A DNA stretch of 64,000 nt. Source: Mustelus asterias (taxonomy: Eukaryota). The position numbers were made by a program, and so were the translations under genes. Of the stretch, positions 62,846 through 64,000 are shown piece by piece. The stretch lies in contig NC_135811.1 of NCBI RefSeq assembly GCF_964213995.1, positions 51,832,001 to 51,896,000 on the forward strand, given 5' to 3'. The notes beneath the pieces were generated by a model. It was not told the DNA's origin. It saw only the letters and a program-made list of their open reading frames with translations, and ran no database searches. Each line of letters opens with the position of its first letter. Position 1 is the first letter of the stretch.

Positions 62846-63269
62846 TGAGAAAATCTGGAACAGATTTACAGTACCTGATATTATATACAAATTCTTTATA
62901 ATCTTCTCCTCCAGCATGAACATATTACAAGGCCTGTGTGCATAGTGCACACTTCATGTCACCCTTAAGTGGTCATTTTAGAAGACCTGCTTCAGCGTAT
63001 AATCTGATCTCCTGTAACCATTTCATTTTCTTAGTCCCACACTTATTTCCCAAACTGTGAAGAGGCTGCAATTAGTACGGCGTGCAAACATTTCCAAACA
63101 AGCGATTTGTTTTCCTTTCTAAGCAGCAAGAAAACGCAAGTCAACCTCCCTCGTACGGTCTGACTGGTATCAAACATCACCTCAGGGCACACATGAGTTC
63201 ATATGTTAGCCCACAACTACTGTTTTCCAAATACTCATAAACATTCTTGACAGGAACCATAGCACCAGA

Positions 63270-63790
63270 GAAACATAGAAAGGTTACAGTGCAGAAAGAG
63301 GCCATTCAACCCAAAGAGCAAAAGGAAGCTGGCTGCTCATTTTAATCCCATTTTCTAGCACTTGGTCTTTCATGTTGCAGCACTTCAGCTGCAGATCATA
63401 GAAATCATAGAAACCCTACAGTACAGAAAGAGGCCATTCGGCCCCCACAATCCCACTCAGGCCCTACCCCCATATATTTTCCAGGTACATTTTAAATGAG
63501 TTGGACCTTTCAATCTCAGCCACCAACTTAGGCAGTGAATTCCAGACACCCGCCACCCTCTTGGTGAAAAGGTTTTTCCTCAAGTCCCCTCTAATCCTTC
63601 TACCAATCACCTTAAATGTATGCCCCCTGATAATTGACCCCTCAGCCAAGGCAAACCAGTCTTTCCTATCTACCCTGTCTCAACCCCTCATGATTTTGTA
63701 CACCTCAATTAGGTCACCCCCTCAGCCCCCTCTGTTCGAAGAGAAACAATTCAAGCCTATTCAATCTCTCCTCATAGCTGCAATTTTGTA
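63270..63790 (-). mobile_element. CR1 3' fragment with a SINE tail piece (about 63397-63478)
   Basis: RGHTFKVIGRRIRGDLRKNLFTKRVAGVWNSLP. Confidence 0.8.
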
Positions 63791-64000
63791 ACATTACTAA
63801 TGCAATCTTAATTCTCCTATCGACATTAATGAAAATCTATCGGCCTGGCACGGTTGGTGGCACTCGCCTCAGAGACCAAGGTTTGTGGCTTATGTTTGAC
63901 TTGACGTCAGCCCACCACCCAGGCTAATATGCCAGTGTGTCGCTGAGGGGAGTGCTGCGTTGGCTGAGTTGCGGCCTTTTAGGTCTGTAGACGGTAGGCC

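Overview
This is eukaryotic DNA from a cartilaginous fish, most likely a shark, inferred from dense HE1-like tRNA-derived SINEs and HER1/CR1 LINEs. The window appears to lie inside one large + strand gene, cGMP-dependent protein kinase 1 (PRKG1). Five GT-AG exons (19144-19240, 41006-41145, 48690-48779, 60815-60956, 62681-62844; 633 nt) splice in frame. They encode the end of the switch helix and the kinase domain from the Gly-rich loop through the activation segment. The rest is intronic and repeat-rich: about 30 SINE copies with two different 3' tails, CR1/L2/Rex LINE fragments, Penelope-like elements carrying minimal hammerhead-ribozyme motifs, a decayed Gypsy element, GC-rich MITE-like elements, a 30-bp minisatellite and a 141-nt assembly gap. 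I found no convincing novel protein-coding system. The most interesting signals are: (1) stereotyped inverted Penelope insertions whose hammerhead motifs are intact only antisense to PRKG1; (2) a SINE family that appears to have swapped LINE-derived tails; (3) a perfect 38-bp hairpin; (4) an exact 86-bp templated insertion. Repeat boundaries are approximate, and family names come from recalled similarity, not database searches.
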